A DNA stretch of 64,000 nt from an uncultured delta proteobacterium (GCA_963760795.1 CAVXEP010000012.1:160001-224000), one strand, 5' to 3'. Positions 30,827 to 41,951 are shown, counted from the stretch's first letter. Program-made: numbers and translations. The notes: generated by a model not told the origin, from the sequence alone.

Positions 30827-31007
30827 GGCGAGGGGTGAGCCCGGAGCAGTGAAGCCACCCAACTGTACGGTCGCAAAGCCGTATTTCATCCACAGCTCGA
30901 AGCTCTCGGTTAACTGCCGAGCTAGCCGGACGCACCATAGTCCAAAGAGTGCTCCGAGGCAGAGGCCCATTGGCTTCACTGCGGAGGGTTTGCCCATCGC
31001 CTTACGG
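30827..31007 (+). mobile_element. Structured ~175-nt element resembling an IS110-family non-coding (bridge-RNA) end, without a transposase
   Basis: 31-nt imperfect closing inverted repeat 30827-30857 / 30971-31001 enclosing three hairpins; duplicated in the window; IS110 assignment is recalled resemblance only. Confidence 0.55.
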
Positions 31008-31149
31008 GAACGAATGGAACCAAGAGAAAAAATGGCAGTGACCCCGATAGCACGCCAAGAGCACGACGGACGAAACCATTTTTTGATTCGATGCCGTCGA
31101 GTGTCCTGGGGTCAGAAGTTCGACCAATAAAAGTTGCTCGCGCCTAGCC

Positions 31150-31200
31150 GTCATACGGGCGGAAGCCGGTATCCAGCTGTTTTTGAAATTCCTGGATTCC
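31150..31200. repeat. REP-like element (GTCAT...GCGGAAGC...ATCCAG / CTGGAT type)
   Basis: GTCATACGGGCGGAAGCCGGTATCCAG ... CTGGATTCC. Confidence 0.6.
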
Positions 31201-31263
31201 AAAATGTCTGAGATTTAGTCTCGTGATTGTTCGCAAGCCGTGCAACTTGGCGACCTGGGACTG

Positions 31264-31470
31264 TCAATCCACCTCGACCTGACCGGTCACCGCGCGCGCA
31301 CCAGCGACCAGGATAGGCCAAGGCCCAGAACGATCCCAATCACAATCAGTGAGATCCAGGAGAGCAGAGACGGACGATCAGGATTGACAATGCCGTAGTC
31401 AGTGAGCACCCATACCAGAGTGCCGAGCACGAGCGCGCTTAACACCAGTCCGATAGCGCCCAGGGATACC
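31264..31470 (-). pseudogene. Membrane protein C-terminal fragment (DUF6524-like)
   Basis: LGAIGLVL ... GLGLSWSLVRARVTGQVEVD*; no start. Confidence 0.55.
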
Positions 31471-31595
31471 GACGGTACCCTCTCACTAAGTCAACCAAAT
31501 TCGTTGCTATAACAATCTCCTTTTCTGTGCCGCCTTTGTTGACCTCCAGTGCCTAGATTTTTTCCGTTCTTTGATGTCCACTATTTTTTACCTAC

Positions 31596-32087
31596 CTAGA
31601 CCTTGACTCCGAGCGCACTGGACAGCTGCTTGATTGTCGCGGCTTCTTGCTCGCTTACTGGCGTACCGCCGAAGCCAAGGAAGCCACCCTCCTTGGCGGC
31701 TTCAGAAACCTTCTGGGCCACGGCAACAAGCCACTGCTGGAATCCTTGAGCCTCGTCGGGCTTCGCTTTCTTCCCGACCAGCGCGCCCGCCTGCCGGCAG
31801 CTCTCGATCGCTAAACTCTTGACCTGGTCCGGCGTCTTGCCCTTCAACTCTGCCGGAGCGCTTAAATCCCGCGCTCCCGCTTCGATGTCGGCCACCAACG
31901 CCTCGATTAGTTCATTGGGTGGCCCCTGGGTTTTTACCTCGCGGAGCGTTCTTCCCACCGCAAGCATTTCCTTCACCACTCCGAACGGCCCACTCGGACT
32001 AGCCGCGACTACAGCCAAACCCGCCATGAAAGGTGCGCACTGAATCTGATTCCACTCGTCCGCCGTAAAATCTGCTTTCGTCGCCAT
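31596..32087 (-). CDS. Conserved hypothetical protein
   Basis: AAGGAGGT RBS; MATKADFTADEW ... AAKEGGFLGFGG..VS..E family pattern. Confidence 0.85.
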   Translation of the reverse strand: MATKADFTADEWNQIQCAPFMAGLAVVAASPSGPFGVVKEMLAVGRTLREVKTQGPPNELIEALVADIEAGARDLSAPAELKGKTPDQVKSLAIESCRQAGALVGKKAKPDEAQGFQQWLVAVAQKVSEAAKEGGFLGFGGTPVSEQEAATIKQLSSALGVKV

Positions 32088-32188
32088 AGCTACCTCCTTA
32101 TCTGGTAATTCTCTGATTTAAGTTCGTCTAGAGTTCCTCATGCGGTAATGCCAACTGATCAGTTCACTTTTTCAGCCCTCCGCGATTT

Positions 32189-32452
32189 TTAAGCGAATCG
32201 GTCGGCGGCTACCCAGCTTACGTATGCGTGAGCGCAAGGTACTCGGGGTGAGGCCGCGCTGCTAGTTACATTCACCTGCCGCTTGCGCCACAGCACGTAC
32301 GGAATGGCCAGGATCGCGCCCATAACCAGGTACAGGACCACCGCAGCGGACGCGAGCTTTTGCTGCGGAAAGTTGGCGATAGCGAGCGCGACGCCCGGAT
32401 GACGGGCCGCCGTGGCCAGCGCCAGGACGCCGCGATCTTCGGCCCGCGGCAA
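32189..32452 (-). pseudogene. Bile acid:sodium symporter-like C-terminal fragment
   Basis: RGVLALATAARHPGVALAIA, PYVLWRKR. Confidence 0.65.
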
Positions 32453-32509
32453 GCGAACCCTTGAGCGCGACTTCGCGAACCTGGCTTCGATGCTCTCAGC
32501 GACTCAGAG

Positions 32510-33238
32510 TCAATTAGTCAAAGGCGCTCGGCCATCCGCGGCCGCTGGCCGATCTGCCGAATTGCACACCTCGATTGCTTGTCGGAGCCGCTCTTCGGTG
32601 GGATGGGCCGCGTCGCCCAGGTAATTTTGCTCAAGAAAGTTTTCCAATATGGCGATCCAGATGCGGCAATCCCAACCGATCCTTTGCCAGTATTCGAGCG
32701 CTTTTCGATCCGCTGCCAACTCGAAAGTCCGTGAATAATTGTAGAACACCGCGGGTCCAAGCAAGCCCAGGTCACTGCCGGTAATGGAGTTGGCATTAAA
32801 AGTAGGCTCGTGTGTCATGCCCGCATGCCCGAGCACATCATGAGCGATTTCATGAGCCAGAGTGTGCCTGAACAACCAACGGTAGCCCTGCTGGGTGTAA
32901 GCCCGCCGGGTCAATTCGTAGCTGATGAAAATATCGTGCCCGCCAAGACTGAGGCCCAAAATATCTTCACGGGCAAATTTGACGAGATAAAAGTTATAGC
33001 GCATGGGTATGTGCGCGTTTTCGGATACCAGCAAGAGTCTCGCGCCTTCCTCGGCAAGAAACGCTTCGAGTTTCTGGTCGCTGGCGATCGGCAAAAGGAA
33101 ACGAGGATTTACCGAACACGCAGACGGCAGAACCAGACAAAGCCAAGCGGCAAACAATCGCATCATGAAAAACCTTAATTTCGACATTTCCACTGCCTCG
33201 TCTTCCCTTAGCCGAAAGATTGCCGGGACCGGCTTCAC
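32510..33238 (-). CDS. M48 family zinc metalloprotease
   Basis: LAHEIAH, YSRTFELAAD, HP..EERL; start uncertain. Confidence 0.82.
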   Translation of the reverse strand: MKPVPAIFRLREDEAVEMSKLRFFMMRLFAAWLCLVLPSACSVNPRFLLPIASDQKLEAFLAEEGARLLLVSENAHIPMRYNFYLVKFAREDILGLSLGGHDIFISYELTRRAYTQQGYRWLFRHTLAHEIAHDVLGHAGMTHEPTFNANSITGSDLGLLGPAVFYNYSRTFELAADRKALEYWQRIGWDCRIWIAILENFLEQNYLGDAAHPTEERLRQAIEVCNSADRPAAADGRAPLTN

Positions 33239-34203
33239 TCAACGATCGCGCATTCACGCGACGCGAGCGACGCGTTGAGCGGAAAATTCCCGTCGCGCGC
33301 GGCGATTTCCTGTGCATGTCCGGAACAGATGTAGCGCAAGAACTCGCGCACGGCCGGAGCCACTGCCGCGCCGGGCGGTCGGTTAATGTAAATAAACAGC
33401 TTGCGCGCCAGCGGATAACTGCCGTTGGTCGCCTGCTCGACAGTGGGCAGCACATAGGGCCCGCCGTCGGCACGAGCTACCGCGAGTGTCTTGGTGCGCG
33501 ATGCCGCCAGAAAGTGACTGGCGAACCCAATGGCGCCATCCTCGGTTGCCACCGCCTGCACGATGGACGAGGCCACCGGCTCGGGGCGCATATCGAGCCG
33601 GTAGTCACCGCCGGCAAGCACCAGCGAACGAAAGACGCCGTAAATTCCCTGATCGTACGACGGACCTTTGACGAGGATCATACGCCCAGCCCATTCTCCC
33701 GTGAGGCCCAACTGGCCCCAGGTGCGAATCGGCGCGTTGCCCGACTTCCGGCGGACGGAGTAGATCGCGTCCAACTCGGCAAAGCTCACGCGCGTGAGAG
33801 GATTATACTTGTTCACGTAAACCGCGATCGCATCGATGAAAACCGTGAGTCGGGTGGGCGCGTAGCCGAATTTTGCCTGGAAGCGCTGGACCTCGGCATC
33901 ACTCATGGGCCGGGTCATCGGCCCGAGGTCGGCGCGTCCTTCGATAAGCGCAGGAAGCGCGGTTTCTGAGCCTCCACCGGTCACCTGCAGATCGACCGCG
34001 GGATAGAGGCGACGAAACTCCGCGCTCCAGCGCAACAGCAGGTTCGACAGTGTCGAGGAACCCACCGAACGCACCGCACCCGCGATGGCGCCGGCGGGCT
34101 GGTAGTCCGCGATCTCAGGATCCACCGGGGGGATCGACTGCGGCGTCATCTGCGCAAGCGCAGTGGCTGGAATCAGCGCCAGGGCGAGGAGCAGTGCCTT
34201 CAC
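33235..34203 (-). CDS. PstS-family phosphate-binding protein
   Basis: VGSSTL, GGGSETALPAL, DAIAVYVN, GSYPLARKLFIY. Confidence 0.9.
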   Translation of the reverse strand: MKALLLALALIPATALAQMTPQSIPPVDPEIADYQPAGAIAGAVRSVGSSTLSNLLLRWSAEFRRLYPAVDLQVTGGGSETALPALIEGRADLGPMTRPMSDAEVQRFQAKFGYAPTRLTVFIDAIAVYVNKYNPLTRVSFAELDAIYSVRRKSGNAPIRTWGQLGLTGEWAGRMILVKGPSYDQGIYGVFRSLVLAGGDYRLDMRPEPVASSIVQAVATEDGAIGFASHFLAASRTKTLAVARADGGPYVLPTVEQATNGSYPLARKLFIYINRPPGAAVAPAVREFLRYICSGHAQEIAARDGNFPLNASLASRECAIVE

Positions 34204-35542
34204 TTGGTTCCCGCGCGCCGATCCAACCTCGCGGCATAGGTCCGGTAGATCGCGAACATGACAAAAAAGACGATAATGAGCGCCACCCCGCGCCAGAAGG
34301 CGGTGTCGAGTATGCGCGCGGCCAACGTCTGGGTTTGCGCCAAGCCGCCCTTGGCGATCGCATTGAGCTGCTGCGGCTGAAGATTGTTCGCCAACAAAGC
34401 AGTGGTATCCGCCAGGCGATTGGCTTCTTGCAGAGCCGCCGCAAGTTTTTCCAGCGCTGCGCCGTACTCGCGAATGTCGAAGCGCCCATCGCCATTTTTT
34501 GTCGTAACCACGCGATCGAGCACTTCGAGCGTCCGCTCGCTCGAATGGGTGAGGCCGGTTAGTGCGCTGACTAGCGCGGTGGTGTCGCCAATGGCGTTAC
34601 GGTATTGCGAAGTCAGCGACTGGAGCATGGGCTGCTCGCGCTGGATCTCCATCAGGAACGCCGCCCGTTCACGCGCGATATCCTGCGGCCACCGCTCGAG
34701 AGTTCGGCTCGCAGCGAGGAACGCGCCCGAGAATTCTCGCACTTCCGAGTCCATGAATACGTCGTCTATGGCGGCGCGTACCTGCCAACTGAGGAGAAAG
34801 GGCAAGCGCTTGGCGTAGAAGAACGCGCGCTCGGCCAGCATGCGCATTTCGTCGACCGCTTTCGTCGCATCCCCAACGGGTGCCAGCAGACCGTCGCCGC
34901 TCTTTAGGTCGGCGATCACGGATTTACCGCGGGCGGCGGCAAAGTCGTCGAAGCGCACGTAGGAGACCAGTTCCACGCCGGGATTTCTCTGACGCCAATC
35001 CCAGATGAGATAATCGATGACCTCGAGTTGGTCCGGTTTCATCGTGCGCGCGGCGATCTGCCAGATGTCCTCGCGCGCCTTACGCGAAGCGACGATGAGG
35101 GGCGGCGCGCGATTGCCAAACCAGCGCTCGGCCAGGTCTTCTTCAATCCATTTTTGGCTCTGCAGCGTTACCACAAGCATGAGATCCAGCAAGCGCGTGA
35201 ACGGATCGGCATTGGTGACAATGTCGTAAATCGCGCTCGCCTGCATCAGACGCACCTGGTGCGCGCGGCGGCGCTGGGCCGCGTCCGGGTTGCCTCGCTC
35301 GATACTTTCGGTCGCGGTCATGATGTGCGTTAAGTAGCGATCGGCGAATCCATAGGTGACCTGCTCGAGTTCCGCCAGAGTAATCTGATTGGCGCCTTTC
35401 GTCCCCGGCTTGGCAGCAGCGGCAGACTGCGACCGGAAGGCTCCGTGTATCGTGCGCGTGCTTGTTCGATCGTCGCACAACCGAAAAAAAGCATGACGGC
35501 GGCGAACCCGGTCGCGAAGCAAGATCCTCGCACAATCGCCAT
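34200..35542 (-). CDS. Hypothetical coiled-coil lipoprotein with C-terminal TM; probable frameshift near 35440
   Basis: Signal and lipobox MAIVRG...LFFGC is in a different frame from the long ORF 34200-35522. Confidence 0.7.
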
Positions 35543-35789
35543 CGATCGCTTCGCTCGGCTCACGGCACCGAATTCATCCAGGGCAGTCGTCACAGTTTCT
35601 AACACTCGTTTCAGTAAGGTTTATCGATAGGCGATCGGGCTGGTTTAACCTTTGAAAACCTTTACTTTGAACACGCCCTCGTGAAAAATAGCGGTGGCGG
35701 CACCACGCGAGCAGACAAAATCGGTCCGCCGCGAGCGCTGCGGCGGCCGTCGGATCGGCGAATTGACTGCCAGTCGGGCGAAACGCACG

Positions 35790-36041
35790 GCGCGTCCCTA
35801 GAATTTGCACCGTCGCAAAGTAATTGTTGCAACCGGTCGAGCCGGCAACCCGTTCGCCGCTCTTTTCGAACGTGAGCGTAGTCGGCGCCTCGTCGAGCGC
35901 GCCACGGTCGCCGATCGCGACGACGCACCAGGTCGTGCTGCCGAAAGCGGACTCCGGGGAGGGCATACGCGGTCCCGTTTGACAGGCAAGCGCCATCGGC
36001 GCCAGCGCAATCATGATTGCCGGCTTTTGCCCGGCAGCCAT
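35790..36041 (-). pseudogene. META/HslJ-domain lipoprotein fragment
   Basis: LALAC-type lipobox (MALAC), TTW, TLTF, VAGSTGCNNY; then loses similarity. Confidence 0.7.
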
Positions 36042-36507
36042 GCTACCGGTGCTACCGATTTACTTTAGCCGGCGGAGCAAAATTTTCCGCCGCCGCTCGG
36101 GAGGCACCGAGGCGGCGGCGGATGCGCGCGCTGGGCGAAGGGTACCCAGCAGCGCGCGAGGACTTCACGCGCTTCATTGCGCGCAAAGCAACCCTTTATT
36201 ACAAAGTTTCTTTTGCCGTGTCTGGCGCCGCGCCGGCCGCAGCTTCGGTTTACTTCGCCACTTCCTTGCCTGCCTCAACGACGCTTTCCTTGGCCTTGTC
36301 TAGCGCTTGACCGGCCTGCTCGACCGCTTTGTCGACTTGCGTGCCGGCCCGCTCAGCGCCGGAAAAATAATTTCACGAGCTTTTGACGACCCGGTAGCCG
36401 GCCAAAAGCGCCAGGGCGCCAAATTGTTCACTCAACATTCACACTTTGGTCTTGTTTGAACCATACTGACCAAACAGACCGTTCAGCGCCATCGGGAGGG
36501 CGCTGAT

Positions 36508-36846
36508 TTACTCTTCAAAGTTCCTTACCAAGGAGCGGCCGCTCGGCGCGAGAATCTGCGGTGGTTTCGCAGCTCGCCGCAAACTGGATTTTTGCCCAGC
36601 CGCTTTTTTGATCTCCGGTTGCGCCGGATCGTTAGCCGATGGTGCCGATTTTTTGTGCGCCTTGTTCGCTGCTAACAGAACCATAAGTATGGTTGCCTCT
36701 GCGAGAGAGCTTTGTTCACCCCGGATCGCCACGCCATGAGGAGATTGCGCCGAGGACTGCTCCGGCTTATTGCACGCCGTGAGTGTGACGAAACCGCAAA
36801 GCGCCCACACGCCGATAACCCGCCGGATTGTGAAAGAGATTTGCAT
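36508..36846 (-). CDS. Hypothetical lipoprotein
   Basis: Signal peptide with LTAC lipobox; operator motif upstream. Confidence 0.55.
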   Translation of the reverse strand: MQISFTIRRVIGVWALCGFVTLTACNKPEQSSAQSPHGVAIRGEQSSLAEATILMVLLAANKAHKKSAPSANDPAQPEIKKAAGQKSSLRRAAKPPQILAPSGRSLVRNFEE

Positions 36847-36936
36847 TTGAACCTATTGGCCAACCGCCAACGCGACTTCGATCAACTATGCCCGCGTTGG
36901 AGAAGCGAGCCTAGCGAGGAGCACACCCGACCTGCC

Positions 36937-36974
36937 ATCGGGCATTCCCTGATTTCGATTGCCAAATTCCTTAG
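36937..36974. promoter_or_regulatory. Bipartite operator motif, copy 4
   Basis: ATCGGGC-att-CCCTGAT-N8-CCAAATTCCTTAG. Confidence 0.65.
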
Positions 36975-37099
36975 AGAGATGGTGAGAAAACCGACCCGGA
37001 AAGGTCCCATTATCGATGACGGGTTCAGGCAAGAAGCATCACAACCTGGGAAGTTTCACAGGATGAATTTCACGTATCTCCGGTTAGTGACAGCGCCGG

Positions 37100-40000
37100 C
37101 TAACGGAGCAACTCGTCTGGCTCCGCCGCCTTCCTGGTTTTCTTCAATCCCAGTCTTAACATGCGGGAGCGGAGCGTGCTCGGATGCAATCCGAGAATAG
37201 CCGCCGCGCCCTTGGGTCCTTCTATGCGCCATCCCGTCTGCTGAAGGATTTCGACAATATGTCCGCGCTCGAGCTCCTCCAGTGTCGGTTCGTTGGGAGA
37301 TGGCGCGTCGAACATCATGCCGATTCTTTTCGCTGCTATCCAGCCGGAGATCGGCGGGCCGCCCCAGTCCTCGGGAAGCTCTAAGATTTGTCCCCGCGAC
37401 AGCACGGCGGCCCGTTCGATGACGTTTTGCAATTCCCTGATGTTACCCGGCCAGTCATAGCGCCGCAGGGTGTCAAGAATGCTATCGCGCACTTCAGGGG
37501 AGCCTTGTCCCAAGCGAATGCTTGCGTCTGCCAAAAAAGTAGTTGCCAGCACGGCGATGTCATCCTTGCGCTCGCGCAAAGGCGGCACGCGAATCGGATA
37601 GACGTTGAGACGGTAGTATAAGTCCTGGCGAAAGGTGCCGGTGCGCAGCGCCTCCTCGAGGTCACGGTTGGTTGCCGCAATGACACGCACGTCTACCTTG
37701 ATCGTCTTACCGCTGCCCAGCCGCTCCAATTCACCTTCCTGCAATACGCGCAGCAACTTCGCCTGCAGCGATAACGGCAGATCGCCGATTTCGTCGAGAA
37801 AAATCGTGCCGCCGCTGGCCAACTCGAAGCGGCCGAGCTGCCGGGTAAGCGCCCCCGTGAAGGAGCCCTTTTCATGACCAAACAGTTCACTCTCGATCAA
37901 ATTGGCCGGCAGCGTCGCGCAATTGACCTTGACCAGCGGCCGGCTGCGCCGGGTGCTGCGCTCATGCACCGCCCGGGCGACCAATTCCTTGCCGGTGCCA
38001 GTTTCGCCGAGAATGAGAACCGTCATGTTCGTCGGCGCTACTTGCTCGACGGATCGAAGAGTTTTTTTGATCGCTGCGCTGCTCCCGACGATGTCGCGGT
38101 GCCGGTGGGTATCCGACACCTCCGCGCGCAGATAGGTGTTTTCAGCCTCCAAAAGTTCTTTGAGCCGCTGCACCTCAGCCAGCGCTTGATGCAATGCATC
38201 TTCGGCTAGTTTGCGCTCAGTGATGTCGGTCGCCGTGCCCAGCAAGCGGTGCGGGCGGCCTTGCGCCGTAGTCAGCGCGATTCCGCGCACGAGAATCCAG
38301 CGTATGCGGCCGTCGCGATCGAAGACCCGGTAGGTCATTTCCGGCAGCGGCCCTTGGCCTTGCGAGTTTGCCTCCGCGATGGTTTCGAGCGCGCGTCGCT
38401 GCTCTTCCAGGACTCGATTGCGATCCTCCGGATGGATGATCTGCAACCATTTGGCGTGAGACAACCGCGAGGCAGCGAAGGACGGCGCCGGATCGATCCG
38501 AACCGCTTTCGTGGCAAGATCGAGATCCCATACCATCACGGCGCCGGCTTCCGCGGCCATCGCGTAGCGATATTGGCTTTCGCGCAAGTTTTCTTCCACT
38601 AACTTGCTATCGGTAACGTCGCGGCCGACGCTCTGGAACTCGACCACCTGACCGGAGCTGTCGAGAATCGGGCAGTTCACCCAATTCTGCCACCGAAGCT
38701 CGCCCTTGTGGTTAACTACCTGGTGCTCTTGACTACCTACTTGTTTGCTTTGGGCAAGCGATTCGATATGCGCTAGAGCTTGCCGGCGGTCCGCCTCAGG
38801 AAGCAGCGTCAGGAAGCTTCGACCGATGAGCTCTTCACGGCTGACAGCGAAATAATCGGCATAGGCGGCATTGACGAACGTCAACGTTGCGTCGGGTCGA
38901 AAGCGGCAGACCAGTTCCGTTTGTTCCTCGACCACGGTCCGGTAGCGCTCCTCACTGACACGCAGCGCCTGTTCCGAGCGCCTGCTCGAGAGCGCCGAAA
39001 CAAGAATCTCGCCAATCAAGTGGAGGCGGCTGACAAGATCGCTTGGCCAGGGCTGGAAGCGGCGAGTAGTTTGGAAGCCGATGCCATGAACCATCTCCGC
39101 GTTGATTCTTAGCGGCAGGGTCAGCATGGACTTTATGCCGTTGTGCGCGGCGTGGGCGCGCTCCTCGTTGGCCTCGGCGGGCAAGTCGCGCGCGACCTCC
39201 TCGAGCGCCACCGTCCGCCCTTGCGTCAACTGGTCAACCAGCCAGGGCAACAATGGAGCATCGCCCAGTGGCGCCGAAGCCTGGCCGTCGCCCAGCCGGG
39301 CATGATGCGTCGGCACCAGAGTTTTTGAATTCGGCAGACACTCGAACACATGGCAGCGGTCGATGTCCATGAAGACACAGACCTGTTTCAGCGCGCGCTC
39401 GACGTTGCCGTCAACCAAAGAAACCGCCGCATTGATGAAGCTCGCCGAAATCTCCGCAACCAACCGCTCGAATTTTAGCTGATCTTCCAAAGCCCGTTCC
39501 GAGCGCAGGCGCTTGGCGCGATGGAACAGCAGCGCGGCGATCAATAAAAACTGCGCTAAGCCTACGGCCGCCGCGATCCCAATGACCTGCTGGTGCCGCT
39601 GCCAAAAAGTCGGTTGGCGAAACTCGACTGCCGTGCCATTTGGCAGACGTTTTTCGCTCAAGCCCCAGCGCTGAAGCTGGCGCCAATCCACGGTCGGCAC
39701 AGTGAGCGAAATCTGCGGTGCAATCGAATCGGCCGTCTCCCCGGCAAGCAGTCGCGCGGCCGTCTCGCCGGCCGTCTTACCGTGGAGCTCGAAACTGGGC
39801 ATTGCGCCGCCTACGAAGCCCTGCTCTAAGTAATGGTTCATCACTCCATAAACCGGGGCGCTCGAGGCGTCAGACACCTGCTTGGCGACATCCCGGGACT
39901 GGTAAATTCGCCCGGTAACATCGCGCACTACGGTGAGATAGAGCACGATGGCGTCGCGCGGAAGGCCTTTTAGTTTTTCCAGGATTTGCGGCAGCGCCAA

Positions 40001-40663
40001 GTCGGTCAAATAAACGACCTCGATTTTTACCTTGGAAGCAGCCACGGCTTCGCGAGCGCGCCGAAGCCAATTCTTGTCGTACGGCGAAGCACCGGCGACG
40101 ACCACGATGCGGCGCGCATCAGGCTGCAGCCGCGTAGCTAGATTCAACGTGCCGGCCACGTCAAACTTCAAGTACACGCCGGTAACGTCGCGCGGTAGCG
40201 GATACCGGCCGACCGCATCTTCCGCGACATTGTAAAACAACACCGGCACCGCCGGTAAAAGCTGCTCGCGATGTCGTTGTACGAAGCGCAGCGCGTCTGC
40301 CCCAACCGCCATGAACAAGTCGATTTGCTGATCGTTATATTTCCTGCGAAAAAGAGATAGGAATTCGGCGCCCATCTCCACGTGGTGAAAATCGAGCGTA
40401 TCGACAACTTCGACAAAAAACTGAACGGTCCGGGAAGTCTTGCTTGCGAGAGCCTTGCGCATTTCCTCATCCTGAGCGATCGCGGCGGGAGCGAAGATAT
40501 TGGAGCTGCGAAAAATGACGACTTTGAAAGGCGCGCCCTCGCCGGTATTGACTTGGGCGGCGCCGGCGTCAAAACGGACGGGCAACGATAGGGCAATTGC
40601 GATCAGCGATAGGATGGCAAATTTTGCCGTGCGCATCATTGGGATAATACCACTCAGACACAC
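37100..40663 (-). CDS. Membrane-anchored sigma54 activator: periplasmic ABC-binding-like domain, TM, GAF, PAS, PAS, AAA+, HTH
   Basis: Signal peptide, TM near residue 365, PAS/PAC motifs (GRDVTD, TDITE), [22 protein letters not shown]. Confidence 0.93.
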   Translation of the reverse strand: MCLSGIIPMMRTAKFAILSLIAIALSLPVRFDAGAAQVNTGEGAPFKVVIFRSSNIFAPAAIAQDEEMRKALASKTSRTVQFFVEVVDTLDFHHVEMGAEFLSLFRRKYNDQQIDLFMAVGADALRFVQRHREQLLPAVPVLFYNVAEDAVGRYPLPRDVTGVYLKFDVAGTLNLATRLQPDARRIVVVAGASPYDKNWLRRAREAVAASKVKIEVVYLTDLALPQILEKLKGLPRDAIVLYLTVVRDVTGRIYQSRDVAKQVSDASSAPVYGVMNHYLEQGFVGGAMPSFELHGKTAGETAARLLAGETADSIAPQISLTVPTVDWRQLQRWGLSEKRLPNGTAVEFRQPTFWQRHQQVIGIAAAVGLAQFLLIAALLFHRAKRLRSERALEDQLKFERLVAEISASFINAAVSLVDGNVERALKQVCVFMDIDRCHVFECLPNSKTLVPTHHARLGDGQASAPLGDAPLLPWLVDQLTQGRTVALEEVARDLPAEANEERAHAAHNGIKSMLTLPLRINAEMVHGIGFQTTRRFQPWPSDLVSRLHLIGEILVSALSSRRSEQALRVSEERYRTVVEEQTELVCRFRPDATLTFVNAAYADYFAVSREELIGRSFLTLLPEADRRQALAHIESLAQSKQVGSQEHQVVNHKGELRWQNWVNCPILDSSGQVVEFQSVGRDVTDSKLVEENLRESQYRYAMAAEAGAVMVWDLDLATKAVRIDPAPSFAASRLSHAKWLQIIHPEDRNRVLEEQRRALETIAEANSQGQGPLPEMTYRVFDRDGRIRWILVRGIALTTAQGRPHRLLGTATDITERKLAEDALHQALAEVQRLKELLEAENTYLRAEVSDTHRHRDIVGSSAAIKKTLRSVEQVAPTNMTVLILGETGTGKELVARAVHERSTRRSRPLVKVNCATLPANLIESELFGHEKGSFTGALTRQLGRFELASGGTIFLDEIGDLPLSLQAKLLRVLQEGELERLGSGKTIKVDVRVIAATNRDLEEALRTGTFRQDLYYRLNVYPIRVPPLRERKDDIAVLATTFLADASIRLGQGSPEVRDSILDTLRRYDWPGNIRELQNVIERAAVLSRGQILELPEDWGGPPISGWIAAKRIGMMFDAPSPNEPTLEELERGHIVEILQQTGWRIEGPKGAAAILGLHPSTLRSRMLRLGLKKTRKAAEPDELLR

Positions 40664-41193
40664 GACTATACTAAAAATCGCCGGACCTCTTCAATCGGTA
40701 GTGATTCAGTTTTGCCAAAATTTGTCGGGGCACCCGACTATGGGGCTGCCCGTTCGGAGGGCAGGCGCGTCGGCCTGCCCTTACTTCAATGCAACGCAGA
40801 AATTACACTGAACTGCGCCCGTTCAAACCCATGCCATGTTGCCATCGCGGCGCCTTCGCGCACTAGCCCGGAGGTCCAAATCACTGAAATGTTCGAAGAA
40901 TTTACAGGCGAGCTACTCGTACCCCGGAGCTTCAGTTGCACCGCGGCGCTGGAGAAGCGCGCCGGCGAAGGCCAATCTATTTGTCCGGCAGTACCGACTG
41001 AAGCTTTTTTAGACTAGCGAAGTTGTTCTGCAATCCATCGACGTGATCCAGCATTTCGACCAGCGACGATCGAGAAATAATTGTCGCCCGTGGTTATCGC
41101 CGGTTCGCCGCTTCGATTCGGTATTCCGGCCAATTTTGCGATGGCTTCGTTGACCGCGACTAAAGCTCGACGGACTGGTGTTTCATCCCGGAC

Positions 41194-41847
41194 TTAAGTT
41201 GACGTCAGACCTTCGCGGATACAATATTTCGTAAGTCCCGCAACGTTATGAATTCCGAGTTTATCCATGATCTGCTTGCGATGGGTCTCGACAGTCTTGA
41301 CGCTCAAGGTCAAACGAGCGGCGATTTCTTTGGTCGACGATCCGTCTGCAACCATGCGCAGCACTTGTAATTCCCTATGGGTCAACCGGGCGCCAATCAG
41401 TTGCTCGCCAAACAGCCGGCGCTCGGGTGGGTGTCGCACCTCCGCGGGTTTCGTCAATAACGGACTCAGATAGATAGCGCCCCGGTTCACCGCTGTGAGC
41501 GCCGCACTCAGCTCTTCAAAGGCGGAATCTTTCAAGACGTAAGCCGATGCCCCGGCTTGCAAGGCGCGCATGACCGGGGCGCTGGCAGCGACCGTCGACA
41601 GGATGACTACCTTGGTCTCCGGTAGCGCGGCTTTGATCTGCTGCGTCGCGTCGATGCCGCTCAGGCGCGGCAAGACGCCTTCCATGATGACGATGTCCGG
41701 GCGCAATTCTTTTGCCAATTTCACCGCTTCCACGCCGTCGTCCACTTCGCCGATGCATTCAAAGCCGGTCAATTTTTCCAGCAAAGACCGAAGTCCCTGG
41801 CGCACGATCTTATGATCATCCGCGAGCAACAAACTAATTTTCGCCAT
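41194..41847 (-). CDS. NarL/LuxR response regulator with Glu at the phospho-acceptor position
   Basis: LADDH ... PDIVIMEGVLP, LTHRELQVL, TVETHRKQIMDKL. Confidence 0.93.
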   Translation of the reverse strand: MAKISLLLADDHKIVRQGLRSLLEKLTGFECIGEVDDGVEAVKLAKELRPDIVIMEGVLPRLSGIDATQQIKAALPETKVVILSTVAASAPVMRALQAGASAYVLKDSAFEELSAALTAVNRGAIYLSPLLTKPAEVRHPPERRLFGEQLIGARLTHRELQVLRMVADGSSTKEIAARLTLSVKTVETHRKQIMDKLGIHNVAGLTKYCIREGLTST

Positions 41848-41951
41848 CTTCTTAGCGTCTTGATGGATCAAACACGGCTCTCGAAAGAATTTTTAACACC
41901 GGTGAGCCCGGTGCTGTGTGGAACTTTCACATGGCGGGAAGCCGAAACGAT

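Noticed and set aside
40724-40738. Palindrome GTCGGG-gca-CCCGAC as a sixth operator copy
   Set aside because: The spacing differs from the five-copy motif and the CCCTTAG half-site is missing.
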